Part shown: piece by piece, positions 22,046 to 31,780 of the stretch
Layout: each line of letters begins with the position of its first letter
Position numbering within the stretch: position 1 is the first letter of the stretch
From: Cyanobacteria bacterium P01_A01_bin.123
Lineage (GTDB): Bacteria > Cyanobacteriota > Cyanobacteriia > Phormidesmidales > Phormidesmidaceae
Reading direction: 5' to 3'
Length of the DNA: 64,000 nucleotides
Assembly (NCBI GenBank): GCA_039815185.1
Contig: JBCBZT010000020.1
Coordinates: forward strand, 64,258 to 128,257
Translations under genes and position numbers: made by a program
Notes under the pieces: model-generated
Told to the model about the DNA's origin: nothing
Databases searched by the model: none
The model's input: the letters and a program-made list of their open reading frames with translations, nothing else

Positions 22046-23278
22046 CTAGTCATATAAACCAGAGGATAAGCAATGCTGAACCAACCATTCCTGGCTTTCC
22101 ATAGATCCTTTGATCCAATGTGCAATTAAATCTCCCCATAAAACAGGGATCTGCAAGTTCTGCCAAGTTGTCAGTGTATTTCGAGAAATTTCTGCATATA
22201 GTTTTGGATCAAAAACGAGCGTTTTGATGCAATCTGCTAGTATTTTAGGCTGCTTCTCAGGAAAGATAAGTGCGTTATGACCATGCTTTAAATTTCTGAT
22301 GAACATGGGATGATTTGAGACAATGATTGGAGTACGTACGCACAGGGCCTCATAAATTACGAGTGGAAATCCTTCACCATATTCATGGTGACTCGGAACA
22401 ACAACTGCATCGGCTGCCTGCATACATGGAATAACTTCTTTGTTGGGGATAACGCCCATGTATTCAACTAAGTCATTTAACCCCAAGGAATTCACTAGGT
22501 TGAGGGTAGACTCCACTTCGCCGCGACCAATCAATCGTAATCTAACTGAGATATTCGTTGTCTTAAGGAGCTTAATTGAATGGATTAGATCGTACACTCC
22601 CTTTTTTCTTGAAATAGTGCCGACATACAGGAGAACGACGGGACTGGAAGTTGAAGATAACTTTCGAGCAGGGAAATCATGAGGCTTTCTAACGTGAGGC
22701 CAATCCCAAGGAATAAGCTTGTGTGGCTTGACGCCAATATTTCTTAGAGAGAGACATGCGTTGACACCATGGTTGCCAACCCACTCAACCATGGTGTTAT
22801 TTAAGAGGCGTGCTAAGCGAAGATAATCAATACGTGCTCGAATTCCTCTTAAATTGAATGAGTCTGCTAATGCTGTAATTGTCTTGACTCTATGCTTAAT
22901 GGCCCACTGTAATATTGGTTGGTGGGGCATGCGCAACACAATATGAGTTGGGCGATAGTCTTCAATAACTTTGAGGAGCTCTTTAATGTCTTTGTATGGG
23001 TCAACAGCAGCACCAATTACTCTTAAACCCGAACCAATTAATTCGTCATATCTCTCTTTCGAGCGGCAACATAAAAAAGCGGCTTCCTCAATCTCATGAT
23101 TGAGTTCAGCAATTGTATCGAGGGCATATTTTTGGCCATGGTAGGCTTCTCCTTGGCCTGATTTAATACGTTGATAGGCATCTCGATAATCACCCGCATA
23201 AAGAATGATTAGAACACGCTTACTTAAAGAGTCAACTTGCTCTTGAGAGTATGGATTTGGATGGATTTGGATTACCAT
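22046..23278 (-). CDS. Glycosyltransferase family 4
   Basis: YVGTISRKKG and EGFPLVIYEAL. Confidence 0.88.
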   Translation of the reverse strand: MVIQIHPNPYSQEQVDSLSKRVLIILYAGDYRDAYQRIKSGQGEAYHGQKYALDTIAELNHEIEEAAFLCCRSKERYDELIGSGLRVIGAAVDPYKDIKELLKVIEDYRPTHIVLRMPHQPILQWAIKHRVKTITALADSFNLRGIRARIDYLRLARLLNNTMVEWVGNHGVNACLSLRNIGVKPHKLIPWDWPHVRKPHDFPARKLSSTSSPVVLLYVGTISRKKGVYDLIHSIKLLKTTNISVRLRLIGRGEVESTLNLVNSLGLNDLVEYMGVIPNKEVIPCMQAADAVVVPSHHEYGEGFPLVIYEALCVRTPIIVSNHPMFIRNLKHGHNALIFPEKQPKILADCIKTLVFDPKLYAEISRNTLTTWQNLQIPVLWGDLIAHWIKGSMESQEWLVQHCLSSGLYD

Positions 23279-23402
23279 AAAAAGCTAACAATAACTTCTT
23301 AGTTACAAAGAAAAGGAATTTCAATTGGAGCAAAGAAATTAGCTTAATAAAAGGTATTATATGTATGGAGACTCATTTTATAACACGAAGTTCCTCAGAA
23401 AA

Positions 23403-24605
23403 TTATTTGTCTCGCTCTGTCCGAACCCAAGATTGTTCAGGTTTTACCAAAAATTTTAAGTAGATGGGTATTTTCCATAGTATGTATAGTGGTATTGCTA
23501 AAAGCTGCGCTAAAGGCAGCTCTGCTCTGCCCCATTTCATCCAAGCACTTAGGATAGCTAACACTAATAAAACATCAGCAACTCCCTGAATAGCAAAGGG
23601 CCAGGCAATATTTCCAAGTAAAGCTAATCCTCCGGTCAGTAGGGTCAACGCAAAGCCAGTCAGAACCCATAAGGCTAAAGGGGGGATCGCTAAATCCAAG
23701 GCCATCACAAGTAAACCTAATCGACGTTGTTTAAGAGCTGCCTTCATTAGTTGTGGGACGTATGTTGTTAACACTTGCAAATGACCATGTTCCCATCGAG
23801 TTCTTTGGCTGGTTGCAGCTGATTCACTGCTGGGAAGATGACTGGTCACTTGTGCTTCTGGAGCAAGAGTAGGACTATATCCCGCGATCGCCAAGTCAAT
23901 TCCTAGCTTCATATCTTCCACGATGTGGCTGCTAGCCAAATTCACTGCTTGTAAAGCCTCCCATGGAAAGGCCATCCCTGTACCTCCCAAAAGGATCGGC
24001 AATCCTAGACTAGAGAGCCCCCCAGCTCTAACCTGGTTCTTGACAATGAGAGCAAAGGCCGACACTCGATCTCGCGGAGATGGGTCCGGTGGTAGCACCA
24101 TGCGGTATGTTGCTTGCACTGGGCGATTTAGAGCTATGGACTGACTCACAATGGCGGCTAATGTTCCTGGGCTAACTAGACAATCTGCATCCACAATTAC
24201 GACTGCCCTATAAAGTTTTGGTGTAAGATGTCGAAGACCAAAGTCTAAAGCATGGCCCTTACCCTTTTTTGCTACATCTGTTCTTTCAAATACCTGCACG
24301 CCCAGATTTCGAGATATGGCAGCTGTCTCATCGGTGCAATTATCCGCAACCATGTAAATCTGTTCAGCACTTTCCACTTCTAACAAAAGGTTTTGCAGAG
24401 TTTGCTCAATTCCATCCGCCTCATTGTAGGCAGGTATGAGCACTGCAAAAGCTGGAGTTGGCCCTTCGTGAGTAAGAGATCTATTCTCCTTATGTTGGGC
24501 AATAGCTGCTAAAACCTCAACTCCCAGGAGTACGTTCAGCACAATATAGGTAATTGTTCCAACGCCTAAAATCAGCTCTATGATTTCCAATAGCAATAAC
24601 ATCAT
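23403..24605 (-). CDS. Membrane glycosyltransferase family 2 (DxD and QRxRW)
   Basis: LIPAYNE, ADNCTD, GKGHAL, VDAD, IVED, QRTRW. Confidence 0.92.
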   Translation of the reverse strand: MMLLLLEIIELILGVGTITYIVLNVLLGVEVLAAIAQHKENRSLTHEGPTPAFAVLIPAYNEADGIEQTLQNLLLEVESAEQIYMVADNCTDETAAISRNLGVQVFERTDVAKKGKGHALDFGLRHLTPKLYRAVVIVDADCLVSPGTLAAIVSQSIALNRPVQATYRMVLPPDPSPRDRVSAFALIVKNQVRAGGLSSLGLPILLGGTGMAFPWEALQAVNLASSHIVEDMKLGIDLAIAGYSPTLAPEAQVTSHLPSSESAATSQRTRWEHGHLQVLTTYVPQLMKAALKQRRLGLLVMALDLAIPPLALWVLTGFALTLLTGGLALLGNIAWPFAIQGVADVLLVLAILSAWMKWGRAELPLAQLLAIPLYILWKIPIYLKFLVKPEQSWVRTERDK

Positions 24606-24634
24606 TATTTGTAAGGATATTTATTTCAAAAGTC

Positions 24635-24812
24635 GGGAGTGCGTTCTCATTCAATGAGAGAAAAGTAACCACCTCATGACCTTAGATTCTGCGTTACCTT
24701 TGTTTGAACAGATCAAAAATTTGCAAAGCCTAGCTTTGAGCCGGATTGTAGGACTGTCTAAGTATAGGAAGATCAGGAAGATTTTTCTCTTGCGAAATTA
24801 TGATGCGCTCCC
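24635..24812. mobile_element. MITE-like element, copy 1
   Basis: Imperfect terminal inverted repeats GGGAGTGCGT...ATGCGCTCCC; internally similar to 29254-29422. Confidence 0.7.
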
Positions 24813-24968
24813 CAGCAAGCTATCCCATTTTCTAGAAGTAATGTAAGGTATATAGCGTTGCTCGAACACATAAGATATGGTTTCAGGAGCAAAGCTCTTT
24901 CGGCATAAGATTAGCTGTACCTCAGTAGGCTAGGAAGCGCCATAAAAGACTTTTACCTGCAAATCAAT

Positions 24969-25786
24969 TCACATTATCTTGTTTTTTAGGAAATTATAAG
25001 GCAGTGCAGAGTTCTGAAGATAGTTGACAACTAAAGCATCGACTTCATGGCTACGATTAAGATAGCCTTCTACTAAATTCCTCCAGTACCTCCCAAAACT
25101 ATATGGGCTTCTGATAGGAGTAGTCGGCCACTTCTCATACAAAGCCGAACTGTTAAGATAAGGGCGAAGGGAAGTGTAAGATTTATAGGGGTTTCTGTAA
25201 AGAAACACAAATTTAGCATTCGGGAAAAGCCACTTCAGATATATCGATCATCTATGCCTAGACGAACTTCTTTTAACCCCCACCGAGAATAGTTATTGCC
25301 GATGGCAGGTCTTGCCAGTAACCCCAAAAAGAAGTCTTGATGTGCTTTCTTCAAGTACTCCATCTCAGGGGACATATTGGCTATAAATATATCTGTCAAA
25401 TTCTCATAACCTTGTGCTTTCATAGCATTAAAGAACCAACGATATTTGGGATACAAGCTGTTTATAGAACTTAAGAAATCAGCATGCATTTGTATCAGAT
25501 TTCAGCGATTAAAAAGCTCTCCCCAAATTACAACGCTTTTATCCGACATCACGAGGCGTTGTAATAAGGTTGAACCAGAACGCCAACCTGCTGAAAAAAC
25601 AAAAATAGGACTATCCGCTACACTATTATCGTATTTTAAATCTAGGTATCGCACTTCGATTGTCTTAATCGCTTCTTGAACAGAAACAATTTGCTTCATG
25701 TCCCTTTGTTTTATCTTCCATGCTCGATATTTAAGCTTCAGGGTGTAGGGTACGAAAGTTCGGATAATCTTCTTGAAAGGGTTCAT
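24969..25786 (-). pseudogene. Disrupted sulfotransferase
   Basis: SAGWRSGSTLLQR, in-frame TGA at 25502-25504, RWGLKEVR, then a frameshift near 25245 into YLKWLFPNAKFVFLYRNP; truncated. Confidence 0.85.
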
Positions 25787-26179
25787 TTGTTGTCATTCTG
25801 CTTAATTTTTCAGTAAAGCGTTTTATCTAAGCGGAAACAACACTAGGATTTGGATTATCAACAATTTGTTGATAAAAGCTGCTGTATGTATAGCGGTTTT
25901 CATTCGAGTGAGGTATGGCATGACAACTACAATACTTGTACAGCAAGGGGACGACATACTTTACGCGTCCAGAAACCGCTATATCTTTGTTTATCATTTG
26001 TGTTTTTATTTATCATTTGCGGATGAGAGTATTTTGGGTGACGTTACTAGCTTCACAGGTTTGGCAAACAGTTTGTGGCTTTGTATTCAATTGGCTTACA
26101 TTCTACCCAATCACTATAGAGCAAGGATTCTGCTATAGCACTATGTGCAATTCGCTACCCATCATTGTTATTAAGAACT

Positions 26180-26833
26180 CTACACTTTTCGACCATACTT
26201 TCGAGTCAAGCGAATCCGCAGCTTTGCACGTTGGAATTTATACACAAAGTAGTTCATGAGCTTACGATGAAATTGCTTCTTTCTTTTCAAATGCACTTCG
26301 ACTTGCTTATGAGTATTACCACAAGGAAAATCAACATCAGGGATTTCTATACCAAGAAAAGGGCAAAGCTTCTCCCATCCGTCTCCTTTAGTAATATCCA
26401 TCACGAGTAGATCTTGAGGCCGATTTGAGAAGTGATCCAATACATCTTGATGATATTCTCTAAAGCCAGCTAACATCTTTCCCGGATCAAACTTTACAGT
26501 TCCATACAGGACATAATTTGTCAAAAGAGCATCAGAACGTGCTGTCCCTAGCTCCATTTTCATGTCTAACTGCCATCTTTTAACGTGGTTCTCAAATGAT
26601 TTCAACCACTTTTGTTCTTCACGAGTGGTCAAGATGAATTTGGATTCTGGGTGCCTCGAATCAATTACCTTGTAAAGAATCGGCACCGGACTGTCAGATA
26701 TTGCATCGTATTTGTGAAAATCTTCAACATGAATGTAGTGTCCCGAGGTATATCCAAGAATAGTGAGTGCTTCTGATAGGGAAGATGTCCCAGTCTTGCT
26801 AAGTCCAATACCAACAATTTTGGAATTCTGCAC
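26180..26833 (-). CDS. Sulfotransferase family protein (Sulfotransfer_4-like)
   Basis: GIGLSKTGTSSL, KFILTTR, DGWEKLCPFLG...DFP. Confidence 0.88.
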   Translation of the reverse strand: MQNSKIVGIGLSKTGTSSLSEALTILGYTSGHYIHVEDFHKYDAISDSPVPILYKVIDSRHPESKFILTTREEQKWLKSFENHVKRWQLDMKMELGTARSDALLTNYVLYGTVKFDPGKMLAGFREYHQDVLDHFSNRPQDLLVMDITKGDGWEKLCPFLGIEIPDVDFPCGNTHKQVEVHLKRKKQFHRKLMNYFVYKFQRAKLRIRLTRKYGRKV

Positions 26834-26975
26834 AGCTTCAAAAACTCCTTAAAGTTAAACACAAAACCCAAATAAATTACACATCACACCCTAGGCTGAT
26901 GAAATCCAACGATTGTGCTCTCGAAAGAAACTGGAGTTCTCTATGTGTATCTATGTAGTTTGAGAAACGATATGT

Positions 26976-27905
26976 TTAAGATAGATTCCCTTGATGCATT
27001 ATAGACAAGATAAAGTACTTCAATTTCTTCCTTGATTTATGATACATATCTCTAAATATAAAAAGCCTTAGAGAGATTAAAATAGCACTTGGCCACTTCA
27101 TCAAATAAAGCATATGCTCTATTATTGAAAACTGTTTTAGATCCAATGCAAACTCATCACAGTTTTCACGAGAAATAGGTGAGCCTATCAAGGCAGATAT
27201 ACCTTTATTTACAGAATCATTTTCTCCATGATTAACTACCCAAATTGCTCCAGGGAATGGTAGAGGAAGTAAAGGCTTTCCCATTCTTTCAAAGAGAGGT
27301 TGAATGTCAGCATGGCCTTTGATAATATCGAATACTCGACGACTCTCGGGATTGCTTAATATTTGTTCTTGGCTAGGAGCCTGAGGGAAATCCTCTGGGA
27401 TTTTCAAAAGCTTTGAACTTATTATATTGCAAGTTCCACAAGCAAGGTGAAAGTTCTTTTTACGCATGAGATACATAATCCCATCCGCATAAACATAACC
27501 GTCTCTGAAGAACCAACCATTCTCCCCAGGATGGGAATTAACATATTCGGCAACTCTATTGCTAACTAAATCATCACCATCGAAGAACATAACGTACTCA
27601 GGGTTATATTTTCTCTTCGCATGCAATAAACCTGAAAAGTATTTCGTTCCCTTATCTTTGTGAACATTTTCTGCACTAGGCTTCACACCCCTTTCTCGTT
27701 TAAGTGGTGAAAAATCTACCTTTAAGAAATCTACCTTATCAAACTGTGTCGCAAACTTAGGGATCTGATTACAAACAACAACGACTCTGAAACTTGTATC
27801 AGTTTGCCTACAAACTGATACAAGTGTTCGCTGAAGTAGATTTTCAACCTTTGAATAATCTTTGGAATTGTGCGGATGTCTTATTGGGCAAATGAACACT
27901 ATCAT
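26976..27905 (-). CDS. Glycosyltransferase family 2-like protein
   Basis: TLVSVCRQTD, DKGTK, YVMFFDGDDLVS, CGT. Confidence 0.7.
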   Translation of the reverse strand: MIVFICPIRHPHNSKDYSKVENLLQRTLVSVCRQTDTSFRVVVVCNQIPKFATQFDKVDFLKVDFSPLKRERGVKPSAENVHKDKGTKYFSGLLHAKRKYNPEYVMFFDGDDLVSNRVAEYVNSHPGENGWFFRDGYVYADGIMYLMRKKNFHLACGTCNIISSKLLKIPEDFPQAPSQEQILSNPESRRVFDIIKGHADIQPLFERMGKPLLPLPFPGAIWVVNHGENDSVNKGISALIGSPISRENCDEFALDLKQFSIIEHMLYLMKWPSAILISLRLFIFRDMYHKSRKKLKYFILSIMHQGNLS

Positions 27906-28267
27906 GATTCGTGAACAAAAAAACTTGAATGATGTGCGATAACTTTTGCCCCTGATTTTAATCTTACACTTGTAGATGACGTAGTGTCAAATAATGGTAT
28001 TCATCCCCTTTGAAAATCCAATATAGTTAATCTTACTCTTAGTGCCTTTTCTAAGATTTAAAAACTTAGCTGAATTGCTTTTTAAAAAGACGAAAGCACA
28101 TAGAAATGTGGAAAAGTTATCAACCTATTTATTAGCTTTTTATGCCCCCTAATTTAACTTTATTGTCTCGTTCTTTAAGGCTTAGCTAGTCAGTGTTAAG
28201 AGCGATCACAATATACAATGGCCAAAACATATTGTACAAGTAAAATGGTACAAAGTTCCTCAGGAAT

Positions 28268-28995
28268 TTATTTGTCTCGCTCTGTACGAATCCAAAATTG
28301 TTCAGGCTTTACCAAAAATTTCAAGTAGATGGGTATTTTCCATAGTATGTATAGTGGTATTGCTAAAAGCTGAGCCAAAGGCAGCTCTGCTCTGCCCCAT
28401 TTTATCCAAGCACTTAGGATGGCTAACACTAATAAAACATCAGCAACTCCCTGAATAGCAAAGGGCCAGACAATATTTCCAAGTAAAGCTATTCCTCCGG
28501 TCAGTAGAGTCAACGCAAAGCCAGTCAGAACCCATAAGGCTAGAGGGGGGATCGCTAAATCCAAAGCCATCATGAGTAAACCTAATCGACGTTGCTTAAG
28601 AGCTGCCTTGATTAGTTGTGGGATGTATGTTGTTAACACCTGCAAATGACCATGTTCCCATCGAGTTCTTTGGCTAGTTGCAGCTGATTCACTGCTAGGA
28701 AGTTGACTAGTAACTTGTGCTTCTGGAGCAAGAATAGGACTATATCCCGCGATCGCCAAGTCAATTCCTAGCTTCATATCTTCCACAATATGGCTGCTGG
28801 CCAGATTCACTGTTTGTAAGGCCTCCCATGGCAAAGCCATCCCTGTACCACTCAAAAGAATCGGAAATCCTAGACGAGAGATTCCCTTTGCTCGAACACA
28901 GTTTTTAAAGATCAAAGCAAAAGCTGACACACGATCTCGAGCAGTAGGATTTGGAGGTAGCTCCATACGGTACTCTGCTTGCACTGGACGACTTA
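28268..28995 (-). pseudogene. 5'-truncated duplicate of the GT2 gene at 23403-24605
   Basis: Highly similar from RPVQA to RTERDK*, including about 15 bp of downstream flank. The N-terminal PAYNE/DxD half is absent. Confidence 0.85.
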
Positions 28996-29253
28996 AAACG
29001 GTTGCCTCTTGTGCAATTTTGGATAAAGATCTATATCTCAAGACAATCATATCCTTATAACGCGAATAACCCATTTCTAAGGACGAGCATATTCTTTACT
29101 GAGTTCCTATACTCCTGTTGGGCTATAAAGTTGATAGAGTGTATTGGTAATATGCAATACTTCTCGCAAATAGGTAACAAGCCTATAGTCGGCTTTGCCC
29201 TAGAAAGGCTATCGACTGGTATGAGCGAAAACAGTTCAAAAATAGTTATATTA

Positions 29254-29422
29254 GGGAGTGCGTCATCATTCAATGAGAGCAAAACAACTGCCTCATAACC
29301 TTAGATTCTGCCTTGCCCTTGTTAGAACAGGTTAAAAGCCTTTCAAAGCCCAGCTCTGAGCCGGATTGTAAGGCTATTTAAGGAGAGAGAGATTTTCTCC
29401 CGCGAAATTATGACGCACTCCC
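29254..29422. mobile_element. MITE-like element, copy 2
   Basis: Perfect 13-bp terminal inverted repeat GGGAGTGCGTCAT / ATGACGCACTCCC; no transposase. Confidence 0.75.
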
Positions 29423-29518
29423 GTTGCATTAAGCAATTCGACAAAAACCCATATACGCTAATCAGTAACAACACAGTTGTTTATGCTGTGTTGTGCGGGG
29501 TATTGGGAGAAGACCAAT

Positions 29519-30457
29519 TCATTTATATCCAAGCTGACTTAAATCAAAGTCAACATATTGCTGAAGCCTTTGATTACTTGTGGAATAGTAGCTGCCGACT
29601 CTATCAGAGATTGCTTTCTTGATGTAAGATGTCGCTTCTCTGTCTAAAAATGATGGCAAAATCATATCTATGTAGCGACAAAATCTATTTTTTGCTCGCC
29701 ACAAAATTGGAGTTGAATCATATTTCTCCCACAACGGAGGCAGATTTCCTGGGAGAGAATTTAGTAAGCGCCGTAACTCAACAGTTGCTGCACCCATGCT
29801 CACATTTGCCGCTGTTGAAAAAGTTTTCACTTCAGTATTATTCCCAATGAAATCATAAAACTTTTGCAAAAACAGAAATTGATTAGAACTTAAAATTTCT
29901 CGAGGAAGTACAAGAACTGAATCAACACCAAAGTAGCTTATATATTTTTCAACCAACAAATTGTATTCAAGATGATCTAGACGGAAAATGGGTGAAAAAC
30001 CCGGTCTTTCAATATCATCCCCTACAAAATGCTTAATACTATATTCGCCGCCTTGTACAACATACTGATTATAAAATGATCTGATCATTGATTGTTGTTC
30101 GCGAACAACAATCAAAATCTTCGAATGTGGAAAAACCTGCTTGATTCTTTCCACCACCTCAAATTCATAGTATTTGCCCTTTACAGGATGTCCTGATAGA
30201 TCCTCGTGAGAAATAGTTGGTATAAGTTTATGGTTGCCACCTTGGTGAATCGACTCAAAAAATTTTTTTCGGATTTTTCCGGCATCAAACCTACACGGAT
30301 GTGTTAGTACGAAGTGCTCAATTGCTTCGCCAGAGTCTACTGTCCATGGACAGCAAAATCCTTGATCCAAACAGAAAAATATATTTTTCTGCAAGAATGT
30401 TGTTCCTGTCTTATGGAAACCTATATGAATTAGAACTGTAGAGTCACTTCCAATCAT
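29519..30457 (-). CDS. Sulfotransferase domain protein
   Basis: IHIGFHKTGTTFLQ, ISHEDLS, KILIVVREQ..MIRSFY. Confidence 0.85.
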   Translation of the reverse strand: MIGSDSTVLIHIGFHKTGTTFLQKNIFFCLDQGFCCPWTVDSGEAIEHFVLTHPCRFDAGKIRKKFFESIHQGGNHKLIPTISHEDLSGHPVKGKYYEFEVVERIKQVFPHSKILIVVREQQSMIRSFYNQYVVQGGEYSIKHFVGDDIERPGFSPIFRLDHLEYNLLVEKYISYFGVDSVLVLPREILSSNQFLFLQKFYDFIGNNTEVKTFSTAANVSMGAATVELRRLLNSLPGNLPPLWEKYDSTPILWRAKNRFCRYIDMILPSFLDREATSYIKKAISDRVGSYYSTSNQRLQQYVDFDLSQLGYK

Positions 30458-30468
30458 TAAGCGTACCT

Positions 30469-31755
30469 CTAATGAGTCGAAAATTCCGTCTTCATTGTCA
30501 GTGATCTTCTTGCTAAGGTTGATTGCCCAACATTAAGGGCAATAGCGATGTAAATTGGCCAAAACATATTGACCAAGTACAATGTATAACTCTCAGTAAT
30601 GTTATTTACTGAAAACAAAATCATAAACCCCAAAGGAAATAGATTCTCGGGCTCGTTAACACCATAGCCTTGCTTAAGAGAGCGGAACCAGATGAATAAG
30701 AAGCTGATAAAAAACAGGCTTAATCCGACTAGCCCAACATCTAAGGCTAACTCGATAAACCCGTTGTGAGAATGGGGAGGGACATACCCACCACCATAAG
30801 CACCAGTAGCTCCAAAAGCTCTGGCTATTTCTTGCAAATAAGGACTTCCGGGAGCCCAAAACCCACCTCGACCAAAGCCTAGTAAGGGGCTATGATTCAA
30901 AAGCGCTTGAATAGATATTTCCCAAAAAGTGGTGCGGCCAGTCAAGGTTGGATCTTTATCCATGCTAGTGAGAATAGTATGCCAGTTGCCTAAAACAATA
31001 ATTGCCATCGAACCCAGTATCAAAATGGCCAGATCTAGCAATAACACTGTTATCTTGCCTCTCCACCTAAAGCGAGAGTATAGGAGAAGATTGAATGTAA
31101 TTAGAATGGATAGTACAAGTCCTGTACCAGATGTGGTTAAGAAAATAAATATAAAAGCAGATATCCCTAAGTAACGAAACCAATTATGGCGATAGACACC
31201 CATCCACCTCTGAGATGATTTTTGAAAAGATGCGAGGAGTAGAGTTAGGGCTGTCAGAATCATGTAAGCGCTACTGGTGTTTTTGTGGCCATACACGCCT
31301 GTCCATGCGCCTGAAAAACTCCCTTGAGCTTGACCAATTGAAGGGATCGCGATTGCTGTAACCCAGCTCAGCAACAGACCAACTATGACAGCATTGCTTA
31401 ACTTTTTAATTAGAGTCTTAATATCAAAGGAAGCGCCAAGATATAAACCAAATGAAGTCATCGGTAGCAGTTCTGATCTGACTTTAATGAAGGTATCACT
31501 TGAAAAGTCAGACCAAATAAACGAACTGAATGCTAGGACGATAACAGCAATCAAAAAAGGATCTCGACTGCATTTCCAAGTTAAAAAGTTGAATCTAGTG
31601 GCTATCAGAAACAGGGATCCAAAAGCGATGAACCATCTGCACAATGATATGAGACTGGCTGGGAAAATCCCTAATTCACCTAAAGCCCCCGAGAAAAATA
31701 AGAACCCTAAGACAATAAACCAATCTTCAGCATAGTCTAGATGTTTTTTATTCAC
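30469..31755 (-). CDS. O-antigen ligase / Wzy polymerase-family protein (ExoQ-like)
   Basis: GVYGHKN, DPTLTGRT..W, HSHNGFIELALDVG; multiple transmembrane segments. Confidence 0.88.
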   Translation of the reverse strand: MNKKHLDYAEDWFIVLGFLFFSGALGELGIFPASLISLCRWFIAFGSLFLIATRFNFLTWKCSRDPFLIAVIVLAFSSFIWSDFSSDTFIKVRSELLPMTSFGLYLGASFDIKTLIKKLSNAVIVGLLLSWVTAIAIPSIGQAQGSFSGAWTGVYGHKNTSSAYMILTALTLLLASFQKSSQRWMGVYRHNWFRYLGISAFIFIFLTTSGTGLVLSILITFNLLLYSRFRWRGKITVLLLDLAILILGSMAIIVLGNWHTILTSMDKDPTLTGRTTFWEISIQALLNHSPLLGFGRGGFWAPGSPYLQEIARAFGATGAYGGGYVPPHSHNGFIELALDVGLVGLSLFFISFLFIWFRSLKQGYGVNEPENLFPLGFMILFSVNNITESYTLYLVNMFWPIYIAIALNVGQSTLARRSLTMKTEFSTH

Positions 31756-31780
31756 ACCAGAAAGCCTATCAAAGAGGTAA

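Noticed and set aside
25866..26410. Overlapping plus-strand ORFs of 81-107 aa
   Set aside because: No identifiable family; they may be decayed fragments but cannot be supported.
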